Shown here piece after piece: positions 1-7,710 of a stretch of 25,492 nt of DNA. Source of the DNA: a virus (taxonomy: Duplodnaviria > Caudoviricetes). Below the pieces are notes generated by a model, which made no database searches, was not told where the DNA came from, and worked only from the letters and a program-made list of their open reading frames with translations. A program made the translations under genes and the position numbers. Numbering within the stretch: the stretch's first letter is position 1; every line of letters starts with the position of its first letter. The stretch spans positions 1 to 25,492 of IMG/VR virus record IMGVR_UViG_3300027627_000218. The stretch is one strand, 5' to 3'.

Positions 1-356
1 AGAATCTCGTCCAGCTGCTCGTTGATTTCTGCAATCTTGAGACGGACAAGTTTACCAGACAGGACACGCTTAACGAACTCCTCGATGGAGAAAAGACCCT
101 TCTTCTCAACCACATCTTCACTCCAGTCACCCAACGCGCTGTTATAACGCGTCACACCACAGGAGATGAGGAACTCATCACCAAGGACATTACGCAGGAA
201 ATCAAGCGTAACATTCTCCTTGGGGAGAAAGGGAACATACGTTCCCGCGCTCGCTCCAGACTTCTTCTTACGGAAGTCAATCACCAACTGGTGTCCAGAT
301 TTCTCAACGATAATCGCATCAGGCTTCGGCAACTCGATTGTATTAACTTCAGACAT
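1..356 (-). CDS. hypothetical protein, truncated by the window edge (MSEVNTIELPKPDAIIVEKSGHQLVIDFRKKKSG...)
   Basis: Not in the ORF track because it has no stop in the window. ATG at 356 follows the A/C-rich leader AGTAAACAAACAAATAGT; frame open to position 1; codon choice (CGT, AAG, TTC, GTT) resembles the capsid gene. Confidence 0.8.
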   Translation of the reverse strand, partial: MSEVNTIELPKPDAIIVEKSGHQLVIDFRKKKSGASAGTYVPFLPKENVTLDFLRNVLGDEFLISCGVTRYNSALGDWSEDVVEKKGLFSIEEFVKRVLSGKLVRLKIAEINEQLDEI

Positions 357-390
357 ACTATTTGTTTGTTTACTGGTTACTACTGCAATC

Positions 391-454
391 TGTCATAACA
401 TATAGAGACAATAATAGATTGCTCTATCTCCGACGGGTGTCAGTTGTTATGACA
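391..454 (-). promoter_or_regulatory. structured 5' leader (three-way junction)
   Basis: Perfect 10-bp inverted repeat TGTCATAACA (391-400) / TGTTATGACA (445-454) enclosing two inner hairpins; begins at the predicted start site of the promoter at 466-481. Confidence 0.55.
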
Positions 455-465
455 AAACTATACTT

Positions 466-481
466 AGCATTATTCATGCCA
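466..481 (-). promoter_or_regulatory. sigma-54-type -24/-12 promoter
   Basis: Minus strand TGGCAT-GAATAA-TGCT; GG and GC 12 nt apart; intergenic, upstream of the gene at 356. Confidence 0.75.
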
Positions 482-485
482 AGGG

Positions 486-689
486 TTAAAGAGATAAAAT
501 ACTACGTCCTGTGAACTGACAAATGGTCAGGATGGGAGGAACATTCCTTCTGTTGAGTGTATAGCCAGCGATGAATGTGTATTCAAAATACCTGGCTTTC
601 TTCGTGCCTAGCCTAATGGAATTAGATACTAAGTATCCACGCAGGGCATCTTGCAATCGTTTCATTGGTGTGTTACAGTTATGTTTCAT
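486..689 (-). CDS. hypothetical protein (67 aa; alternative start at 665)
   Basis: ATG at 689 lies 4 nt after the upstream stop at 694; fills the gap on the locally transcribed strand. Confidence 0.55.
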   Translation of the reverse strand: MKHNCNTPMKRLQDALRGYLVSNSIRLGTKKARYFEYTFIAGYTLNRRNVPPILTICQFTGRSILSL

Positions 690-693
690 ATCT

Positions 694-945
694 TTAGCGC
701 AGTGGTATCTCAATACGCACCATCCCCCGCAATGCCTGTGTAGAGGCCACGGCAGTTCGATGCATATGGTCAAGCATCTCATGTGCCATCTCATACACAA
801 TCGTATTTTCGCTTAGCCGCTGCGCCAATACGTATGGCTTGTGGCCGTAATGTTTCTCGTAATATATGCGTTCTCGCTCCATCTCTACATTAAGCGAGTC
901 GTGTAGCTTGCATATCCAATCTAGGTCTGCGTGTGTCTTGGTCAT
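694..945 (-). CDS. hypothetical protein (83 aa)
   Basis: ATG preceded by an (AACAC)4 leader; plausible helical protein; fits the gene packing. Confidence 0.7.
   Translation of the reverse strand: MTKTHADLDWICKLHDSLNVEMERERIYYEKHYGHKPYVLAQRLSENTIVYEMAHEMLDHMHRTAVASTQALRGMVRIEIPLR
773..788 (-). promoter_or_regulatory. sigma-54-type promoter candidate (intragenic)
   Basis: Minus strand TGGCAC-ATGAGA-TGCT, about 85 nt upstream of the next start at 689. Confidence 0.45.
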
Positions 946-950
946 ACTAT

Positions 951-970
951 GTGTTGTGTTGTGTTGTGTT
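951..970. repeat. (GTGTT)x4 microsatellite in a translation leader
   Basis: Read directly; lies between the tRNA 3' end and the ATG at 945. Confidence 0.9.
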
Positions 971-979
971 TCTACGAAA

Positions 980-1055
980 TGGTGGGCCCGACCGGATTCG
1001 AACCGGTAACCAAGCGATTATGAGTCGCCTGCTCTAACCATTGAGCTACGGGCCC
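980..1055 (-). tRNA. tRNA-Ile2 (CAT anticodon, lysidine type, reads AUA)
   Basis: Full cloverleaf GGGCCCG...GGCGA-CTCATAA-TCGCT...TTCGAAT...CGGGCCC-A-CCA; the anticodon arm matches the E. coli ileX pattern rather than Met/fMet; CCA encoded. Confidence 0.9.
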
Positions 1056-1249
1056 GTGGTGGGCGCACGTCCTTGGCACTTTTCTTCGTCCTGTGAGTCA
1101 ACGAAGATAGAACAGCTTTTGTGACACCACAGATTCTGTCTCTTCAGCCAGTTTTTCAGTGCGGTTCCAGACTTGAAGTGATGCCATGTCTGGCTCTCGT
1201 CCAGATACGTAATCACCGCCGTCAAACAGATTACTTCTTTCTTTTTCAT
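1046..1249 (-). CDS. hypothetical protein between the tRNAs (67 aa, MKKKEVICL...)
   Basis: ATG at 1249 just after tRNA-Leu; fills the spacer; last 10 nt overlap tRNA-Ile. Confidence 0.45.
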   Translation of the reverse strand: MKKKEVICLTAVITYLDESQTWHHFKSGTALKNWLKRQNLWCHKSCSIFVDSQDEEKCQGRAPTTGP

Positions 1250-1257
1250 AAAAATAG

Positions 1258-1331
1258 TGCCAATGGTGGGATTTGAACCCACACTGTGCGGATTTTAAGT
1301 CCGCTGCCTCTACCGATTGGGCTACATTGGC
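1258..1331 (-). tRNA. tRNA-Leu (TAA) with short variable loop
   Basis: GCCAATG/CATTGGC acceptor stem, GCC/GGC D-stem, GCGGA-CTTAAAA-TCCGC anticodon arm, GTGGG-TTCAAAT-CCCAC T-arm, discriminator A; followed by CTA rather than CCA. Confidence 0.88.
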
Positions 1332-1445
1332 TTAAAGCATAACCAACAACCACACAACTACCGCCGTTAACAGTAAATCTGTCCCGGCCACTACCCACCA
1401 CCACTTGCTGCTGATGGTCTTGTAAGCACGTTTAATGTTTAACAT
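1332..1445 (-). CDS. small single-pass membrane peptide (37 aa)
   Basis: MLNIKRAYKTISSKWWWVVAGTDLLLTAVVVWLLVML; basic N-terminus and hydrophobic C-terminus; stop abuts the tRNA 5' end; below the ORF-track cutoff. Confidence 0.5.
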   Translation of the reverse strand: MLNIKRAYKTISSKWWWVVAGTDLLLTAVVVWLLVML

Positions 1446-1568
1446 AAAGTGGCTACCCAACAAGAGCTTGGTTGCAAAGGGAAAGCCTCCCTACATAGCA
1501 CACGCTAGAGGGAGGAAACAACACCGGACAACTCTAGCCATAGAATGTCGGTGCGTTAATACACCATT

Positions 1569-1584
1569 AGCACATACAGTGCCA
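1569..1584 (-). promoter_or_regulatory. sigma-54-type -24/-12 promoter for the tRNA operon
   Basis: Minus strand TGGCAC-TGTATG-TGCT; intergenic. Confidence 0.72.
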
Positions 1585-1597
1585 ATGGTTAAAGTGA

Positions 1598-1774
1598 CTA
1601 ATTCAATGCAAAGTCGAACTCACCAAGCTCCGCGCCATCGGCAATCAACTCCTCTTCGCACGCATATCCGCAAGGAACCCACTTAGTGCGCCACAAGTGT
1701 TGCACCTCACCGTCCGCATTCACGCGATAATGATGCGTGATTCCGAAGTCACGCCAGATAACATAGTATTTCAT
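1598..1774 (-). CDS. hypothetical protein (58 aa, MKYYVIWRDFGITHHYRVNADGEVQHLW...)
   Basis: Translated by hand; A/C-rich leader; lies between a long hairpin and the promoter; below the ORF-track cutoff. Confidence 0.55.
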   Translation of the reverse strand: MKYYVIWRDFGITHHYRVNADGEVQHLWRTKWVPCGYACEEELIADGAELGEFDFALN

Positions 1775-1793
1775 ATAGGTATTGTCTTAATCC

Positions 1794-1846
1794 GTCCGTT
1801 ATAAGGCCCAAGCTAATATACCATTAACCTCGGCCCTATAAGGGAC
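1794..1846 (-). other. long RNA hairpin (RNase III-site-like)
   Basis: About 24-bp imperfect stem that pairs well only on the minus strand (several G-U pairs). Confidence 0.6.
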
Positions 1847-2153
1847 AGACTACTCATTGCTAAGTAATCTATCTTCTTGCTGTTAATTCGACATATTCAC
1901 AGCCACCCATCTCTGGGTAGTATATATCCTCTGTGCGTGATATGGATGCATTGTCTCCATGTTCGTGGTTGCTCACAATATGCACAAGCAACAAGGTGGC
2001 TGATTTACGCCTCTCCCTTTCTACCCACACCATGCAGGTATCTCACATTACCCCCGCCATCAACTGCTTCGCGCAATGTTTAGAAACTGGGCTGAACTAA
2101 ACATACAGCGGCTACGTTGACTCTACCCTACGCGTGCTTAACTATTCAGCGTT

Positions 2154-2234
2154 GCACTACGTCTGGTATATCGTCGATAAGTAACGGATGATATGGCTCA
2201 TCCGACGGCATTAAATAACGCACTACGTCTGGTA
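2154..2234. repeat. 15-bp direct repeat GCACTACGTCTGGTA x2
   Basis: Exact copies at 2154-2168 and 2220-2234. Confidence 0.9.
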
Positions 2235-2337
2235 ATCTTGGAGAGACTAAAACAAAGAGTAACGCTAACAATTCTATGTCCAACGGTAAGTCAAGGAGTA
2301 TTCACTCTCCCTTCTGCGCTTACCTGATGAATTGTAG

Positions 2338-2365
2338 GCAATCCCCTCCTGCGAAAGGGAACTGC
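2338..2365 (-). terminator. hairpin after gene 2372-2899 (terminator or processing site)
   Basis: GCAGTTCCCTTT...GGAGGGGATTGC stem with G-U pairs on the minus strand, just after the stop; no strong U-tract. Confidence 0.4.
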
Positions 2366-2371
2366 TGCGTA

Positions 2372-2899
2372 TTAAACTTCCACACCGATTGCGCGGATTT
2401 CCACAGACCAATTGTTGATGCGCTCCTTAGCGACGCGAGCCTGCTCAACGTCCTCTGTGATACAAGTCTGCTCCAAGTCGAAGCAAGCCAAGTATGCACG
2501 ACGGCGATAGTTGTAGTAGGACTTGATGCGTGCCTCTGAAGGCTCTTTGAGGAATGCACAACGCTTCTCGTTGACCATACGCATCAACTCAATGACGCTT
2601 TCGCTAGGCGTGAATTCACGGCCAGTGTTCGCGAGGGTGCTGAACTGTTCGCGCAAGTGTTGCCCGTCATTACCATTGCCCAACACCGTCTTGATGCGCG
2701 TGGAGACATAGTTAGTCACCTTCACAGCTTCCAATTGCTGCTTGGCATAGCTGTCCACAGCATTGCACACTTGCGCCTTAACGCCGCGCGTCACATCCTC
2801 TTTGGCGAGAATGAGCGCATCACAGACTGATTTGACCAACTTTGAGCGCGAGAATGCCTTTGCATCAAATTGCGCTTCCACGAGTTCCATGATTTGCAT
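2372..2899 (-). CDS. hypothetical protein (175 aa), first gene of the leftward arm
   Basis: Longest ORF in the region; leader AGTAGAAACATACATAT; helical composition; no recognised motif. Confidence 0.8.
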   Translation of the reverse strand: MQIMELVEAQFDAKAFSRSKLVKSVCDALILAKEDVTRGVKAQVCNAVDSYAKQQLEAVKVTNYVSTRIKTVLGNGNDGQHLREQFSTLANTGREFTPSESVIELMRMVNEKRCAFLKEPSEARIKSYYNYRRRAYLACFDLEQTCITEDVEQARVAKERINNWSVEIRAIGVEV

Positions 2900-2921
2900 A
2901 TATGTATGTTTCTACTGAAAC

Positions 2922-2958
2922 GTATGCATTAATTGCATACGAGTGCATGATTGCATAC
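2922..2958. promoter_or_regulatory. operator-like palindrome GTATGCA-N5-TGCATAC with an adjacent degenerate copy
   Basis: Perfect inverted repeat at 2922-2940; GTGCATGATTGCATAC at 2943-2958; just upstream of the ATG at 2899. Confidence 0.5.
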
Positions 2959-3079
2959 AATTCACTGTCAAAATGTCCAAAAATATGATGGGCGAGTTCA
3001 AATCGCGCGCGCGGAAAGCGCAAGGGCGAGTGAACACATACGGCATGTAAAAGAGCAGACCAGCTGACACCCTATATAG

Positions 3080-3124
3080 GAAATCCTTACACCTAGCCAA
3101 GCACATGAAATCCTTACACCTAGC
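3080..3124. repeat. 18-bp direct repeat GAAATCCTTACACCTAGC x2
   Basis: Exact copies at 3080-3097 and 3107-3124. Confidence 0.9.
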
Positions 3125-3367
3125 ACATATCGCTTTATCGTTATTATTCGAGTATTTTGATTCCATAAGTTTTGAAAAGTGTTTTGTTATTCCGGTGGGT
3201 CTATTTATTCGGAATAATGGAATATATAGAGAATATATGTATATTCTAAATATATAGCATATTTATTCCTATATTAGAAATAAACAACCACATCAACCAA
3301 CCATACATACAACCACAAATCCCTCGAATCAACATATGCGAATCACTTGATGTTTCCTTAGCTCTTA

Positions 3368-3478
3368 ATCATTGCATCATTGCATCATTGCTTCATTGAC
3401 TACGTTGACATCATTGCATCATTGCATGACATAGCCGAGCAGAACAGCAGAACAGAACAGCGGAGCAGAACAGCAGAA
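3368..3478. repeat. two adjacent short tandem arrays, (ATCATTGC)n then (CAGAACAG)n
   Basis: About six ATCATTGC-like units at 3368-3427 followed by CAGAA/CAG units to 3478. Confidence 0.85.
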
Positions 3479-3571
3479 GGATACCCCAGAAGCTCCACAC
3501 TACGGAATACTATCACTGTCTCACAAAATTGTAATTTTATAACTTCCTACCCTAATATGTATATTACAACA

Positions 3572-3587
3572 TGGCACAACACTTGCT
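3572..3587 (+). promoter_or_regulatory. sigma-54-type -24/-12 promoter for the packaging operon
   Basis: TGGCAC-AACAC-TTGCT, consensus match; upstream of the small terminase gene. Confidence 0.8.
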
Positions 3588-3721
3588 GATGTTGTGTTAC
3601 ATGAATGATACTAGCATAATGTTTAGCGCGGGTTCCATGAAGATGTGTTTACATTGGTGGGCGAAGTATGGTGTTTCTATGGACTATTGGCCCCGAGGTG
3701 GTGATATTAATTCTTAATAGT

Positions 3722-4240
3722 ATGAATGGATTTGAGTCAGATATTGTGAATATGTATGATGAGCAGGATATGTCTGTAGAGGACATAGGGGCCGAATTAG
3801 GCGGTGAATTAGACCCGGCAGCTATTAAGATGTTGCTTAGTCAACATAGTCACCGCTTTCAAAAGGCCACAATTGAGAATGCTAAGAATGGTAAAAAGAA
3901 CTCACTTCAACCTGTCTCCTTTCCCCCGGCCCCAGCCCCAAACCCTGATTTCCTTAACGCTTCGGATAAGGAAAAGATACGGCGCACGATGATGACTCTG
4001 TTAGACCACAGTGAGAATGATATGGTTAGGGCGCGAATGGCAATATATCTACACGAGGAAGTTACAGGACGTAATGAACGGCGCCTTAAGGCTAACTTGC
4101 TACCCAACATACAGTTAAACATACTAGCACTGAATCAGGAGATATCTAAAGCGCGTGAACTATTAGACGTTAAGATGAAGCAAGTTGGTAATTCTCCCAT
4201 GTTGGGCCGGATTGTAAATGTAGAAACGGTAGCTGTTTGA
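3722..4240 (+). CDS. putative terminase small subunit (start 3722 preferred over 3668)
   Basis: Directly upstream of the large terminase; HTH-like N-terminus (MSVEDIGAELGG..PAAIKMLL); helical C-terminal half. Confidence 0.65.
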   Translation: MNGFESDIVNMYDEQDMSVEDIGAELGGELDPAAIKMLLSQHSHRFQKATIENAKNGKKNSLQPVSFPPAPAPNPDFLNASDKEKIRRTMMTLLDHSENDMVRARMAIYLHEEVTGRNERRLKANLLPNIQLNILALNQEISKARELLDVKMKQVGNSPMLGRIVNVETVAV

Positions 4241-4247
4241 ATACCCA

Positions 4248-5903
4248 ATGCTAAAGCCAGATGAAATAGATGAAGAGTTGGATATTGCGCTAGCTCCAGG
4301 CCTGCAGGGTAAGTATACGCCCTTGGATTTGAAGTCGCCTGCGGAGTTGATAGCTACGTTTCATCCTAGCATACAGAATGGTGATATTGCATTGTATCCT
4401 TGGCAGGTGGAAGAGGCGATGTTTCTTGCACAGCCGGAGTTTTCGAAAGCTAATCCTTTGCGCCATATTCTGTGCGCTTGTAACGGTAGTGGTAAGGATG
4501 CTTATGTTATAGCACCTTTTGCAGTGTGGCATGCTATTACGAAGATAAGGTCACGTTGTATCATAACATCATCTTCATACATGCAGTTGCAGTCTCAGAC
4601 TGAGAATTACATACGCTCTTTATGCGCCTCGATTAACGATAAATTAGGCACGAAGATATTCATTATCAAACAGATGCACATAGCGTGCACACTAACAGGC
4701 AGTGAAATCAAACTATTCTCAACCGATGAACCAGGACGCGCTGAAGGCTTCCACCCGTTTCCAGACTATCCTAAAGGAGAACTTGCGATTGTTATCAATG
4801 AAGGAAAAACAGTTAACGACCTTATATTCGAAGCTCTGGAACGATGCACATTCAACCGCTGGATTATCATATCGTCCCCGGGTAAGACATCCGGACGAAT
4901 GTATAATGACTACAAGCGAGCAGATGTATATCCAGAATCGTTTAGATTTGGGAGAACTTACGCACGAAAGGTAACGGCTAAAGAGTGTCCTCACATAAGC
5001 GAACTACGCATTGAGCAAGAGAAGACCGCATATGGAGAACATCATCCGTGGTTTCGTTCTGCGCGTCTTGCTGAGTTCACATCATTGGATGAGGCGATAG
5101 TCGTAACATTAGAAAGCGTGCAGAAGTGTATAAACTTCCCTGGGCCGCATGTATCATATGGAAAACGGGCCGGACTGGACTTAGCTGCTGGTGGTGATGA
5201 GAATGCTATTTGTATTTTAGATGGTAATAAGATAACAGACATGCTGGCTTTTAAGGCTGGCGATAATGTGGTTAACTATTGCATAGAACTATTTGAAAAA
5301 CATGGATTCAAAAAGAGCAACTCTCGTAATATATTTGCGGACCATGGTGGTGTTGGCGCGGCTTATGCTCAAAGCTTTCGTGAAAAAGGTTGGGAACTTT
5401 CTTGGGTTACGAATCAATCTAAGCCTATAAACCCCGCAGGTATATACGGTAACAGAGGCGCAGAGTTATATTTTAATCTTAGACGCTTAGTTGACGAATG
5501 CTTAATCCTGGGCCTTACAGACCCAAAGCTTATTAGTCAGCTAACATCTCGTTACTATACGCAACATAAGACGCAGGGTAGAATCATATTGGAGGCGAAG
5601 AGAGAAGCTAGAACTAAGGGTCATGGTTCGCCAGATAGAAGTGATGCATTAGCATTAGCATTCGTGGGTATCACTGCAGACGTAATACGAGATTTGATTA
5701 ACGAGAGTGGTGGTGTGGTTAAGACCAAATCTAAAGTAACAGGCATACCCACAACAGGCGAGGTTGCTAATATGAAGCAACAAGATAAGATAGAAAAACA
5801 ATGGGACAATGAAATAAAGTTTGGTGATAGTAGAGATTATTTAACAAAACCAGTCAAACGAATTAACTTTAGCACGGCACAACTGATAAGTTTCCTACGA
5901 TAA
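4248..5903 (+). CDS. terL: terminase large subunit
   Basis: LYPWQ adenine-binding motif, P-loop ACNGSGKD, Walker B-like IVINE, motif III ISSPG, RNase H-like nuclease motifs GLDLAAGGDE, DHGGVG and SPDRSDAL. Confidence 0.95.
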   Translation: MLKPDEIDEELDIALAPGLQGKYTPLDLKSPAELIATFHPSIQNGDIALYPWQVEEAMFLAQPEFSKANPLRHILCACNGSGKDAYVIAPFAVWHAITKIRSRCIITSSSYMQLQSQTENYIRSLCASINDKLGTKIFIIKQMHIACTLTGSEIKLFSTDEPGRAEGFHPFPDYPKGELAIVINEGKTVNDLIFEALERCTFNRWIIISSPGKTSGRMYNDYKRADVYPESFRFGRTYARKVTAKECPHISELRIEQEKTAYGEHHPWFRSARLAEFTSLDEAIVVTLESVQKCINFPGPHVSYGKRAGLDLAAGGDENAICILDGNKITDMLAFKAGDNVVNYCIELFEKHGFKKSNSRNIFADHGGVGAAYAQSFREKGWELSWVTNQSKPINPAGIYGNRGAELYFNLRRLVDECLILGLTDPKLISQLTSRYYTQHKTQGRIILEAKREARTKGHGSPDRSDALALAFVGITADVIRDLINESGGVVKTKSKVTGIPTTGEVANMKQQDKIEKQWDNEIKFGDSRDYLTKPVKRINFSTAQLISFLR

Positions 5904-5907
5904 TACT

Positions 5908-7710
5908 ATGTCAATACACGCAGATAAACCCTTAGACATCCAAAACTACCAGCAGATTAAAGACGCTTTCGTCTTAATGTCTGGTAACTTTGACCGCATT
6001 CGCACACAGGCTTCAATGAACCGCCGCATTCGCCGCATGAATGTTGACGTTGAAGCATTGCGTGCCTCTGGCAAGTTGCGCGCCGACCAGACGTATATTG
6101 CCCGTCGTGTTATAGATGCTAACATCAAGAACGAGCAGCCACCATTCATTGCATACCTTAAACAGTCTCGTCGTCTTGCTGTCTTCAAATGCCTGTCTGA
6201 CGCCACTATTAACGTCGACCCGCTTGAGACGCAATTCACCGAGGGTATGCAGTATAACGGATGGGAGATTGATTACTTCAAATCGCTAGATGGTGCGCAG
6301 CTGCATGGATGGGATTCTGTGGAGATTGAGTATGATGAATCTAAACCCCTCAAGGTAGGTATCTCACACATCGGACATGAGAATCTTGTCATGCCCATTG
6401 ACTGCAAACAGCTTGGTGCTAACGATATGTTGGCCCGGCGCTTTGAAGTTACACCTACGCAGCTAAGGACATTTGCTCGTTATAACTTTAGCCAAGACAT
6501 GGTTACTCGCTTATGCGCCACTATGGGCGCCGAGAGGACGCGACTAATCGTTATACACAAAGTTTTCATAAAAGATGAATCGGGCGTTGTATATGTAGGG
6601 TGGTTGAATGATACGCTAGACTCGTGGTTGTCTGCACCTGTTAAGCTGGACTTAGGTAGACGTCAGAAAGTTACTATTACAGAGAATGTTCCACAGCAGT
6701 TAGCTGATGGCACAGTTGTGTTCATACCCCAGCCGCGAGAAGAGTGGCAACCTATCGACGAGACAGAGTTTCCATTGAAGCTGCTGTCATACTCGCTTAC
6801 CGAGCAACAGCAAATTACAGAGCAAATTGGTAGGGCGCAATTGGATGATGCTGACCAAGAGGCTCAGACATCTTTGTGGACAAGCGCAGTTAATGGTGCA
6901 TTGCGCGCGTCTAACGTATATGGTTCTCCAGAGCAGGATGAATCGCAGGGTGGTAAGTTATCTGTTGTTGATGTTGAATTGATACCTGACCGTATATACA
7001 ACAAGAAGATAAATTGGTGGAGTCCTCCTTGGCCGGAAGGTTTCGTTGTTCAGCTATCTCAAGCAATGGGCGTGGCTAAGCAGGCTGAAACGGGCAGTGT
7101 TGACTTTGCTGTCAATAACCGCCAAGATAGTCGTAAGACAGCCACAGAGATTGGTGCTGCTGAGAAGCAGGCTGCTCTATTGCAGGGTGTGCAGGTCATG
7201 TTATGGGCTGCGTGGTTACGTGACATATTCAACTTCGCATGGCCGATTGTGCAAAACTTAGCACTAAGGGATGAGATTAAACTCCTAACCGTTACACAGG
7301 AAGTTCCTATTAACCCACAGTTCCCGGAGATGACGCAATCTGTTACGGAGAACAACAAACAGGTATTGGGACAGGTATTTGATATCAAGCCTGCCGGTGA
7401 TATTGATGTTGTGCAACGTGCGGAGAAGTTAAATAGGATGCAGACTATATGGCCTATCATCTCCACTACGCCATTAGCACAAGCATTCCTGATGGATATT
7501 CTCAAGGAGATGTTCCCGCAGGATGTTGCGCGCTATGCGCAAATGATGGCACAGGGCGACAAGAAGAATCAACTGTTGCAGGGTATGTTAGGTATCATGC
7601 AGGAAATTTCTAATACACCGCCTGACCAGATAGCAGATAGTCTCGCGGGGAATAAGCAGCAGTTTCAACAGATGGCTCAACAGATACAACAAGTATTACA
7701 AACGCCATGA
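5908..7710 (+). CDS. portal protein
   Basis: 600 aa, follows terL; KTATEI motif typical of podoviral portals; Q/M-rich helical C-terminus. Confidence 0.88.
   Translation: MSIHADKPLDIQNYQQIKDAFVLMSGNFDRIRTQASMNRRIRRMNVDVEALRASGKLRADQTYIARRVIDANIKNEQPPFIAYLKQSRRLAVFKCLSDATINVDPLETQFTEGMQYNGWEIDYFKSLDGAQLHGWDSVEIEYDESKPLKVGISHIGHENLVMPIDCKQLGANDMLARRFEVTPTQLRTFARYNFSQDMVTRLCATMGAERTRLIVIHKVFIKDESGVVYVGWLNDTLDSWLSAPVKLDLGRRQKVTITENVPQQLADGTVVFIPQPREEWQPIDETEFPLKLLSYSLTEQQQITEQIGRAQLDDADQEAQTSLWTSAVNGALRASNVYGSPEQDESQGGKLSVVDVELIPDRIYNKKINWWSPPWPEGFVVQLSQAMGVAKQAETGSVDFAVNNRQDSRKTATEIGAAEKQAALLQGVQVMLWAAWLRDIFNFAWPIVQNLALRDEIKLLTVTQEVPINPQFPEMTQSVTENNKQVLGQVFDIKPAGDIDVVQRAEKLNRMQTIWPIISTTPLAQAFLMDILKEMFPQDVARYAQMMAQGDKKNQLLQGMLGIMQEISNTPPDQIADSLAGNKQQFQQMAQQIQQVLQTP

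Noticed and set aside
2270-2971. Sigma-70 promoters at TTGACT (2289-2294) and TTGACA (2966-2971), minus strand
   Set aside because: No convincing -10 box at 16-18 nt spacing.
2912-3166. 84-aa ORF containing ARCKDF twice
   Set aside because: Produced by the 18-bp DNA repeat in a regulatory region; no other coding support.
2154-3478. CRISPR array
   Set aside because: Repeats are 8-18 bp, with only two copies or no spacers; no cas genes.
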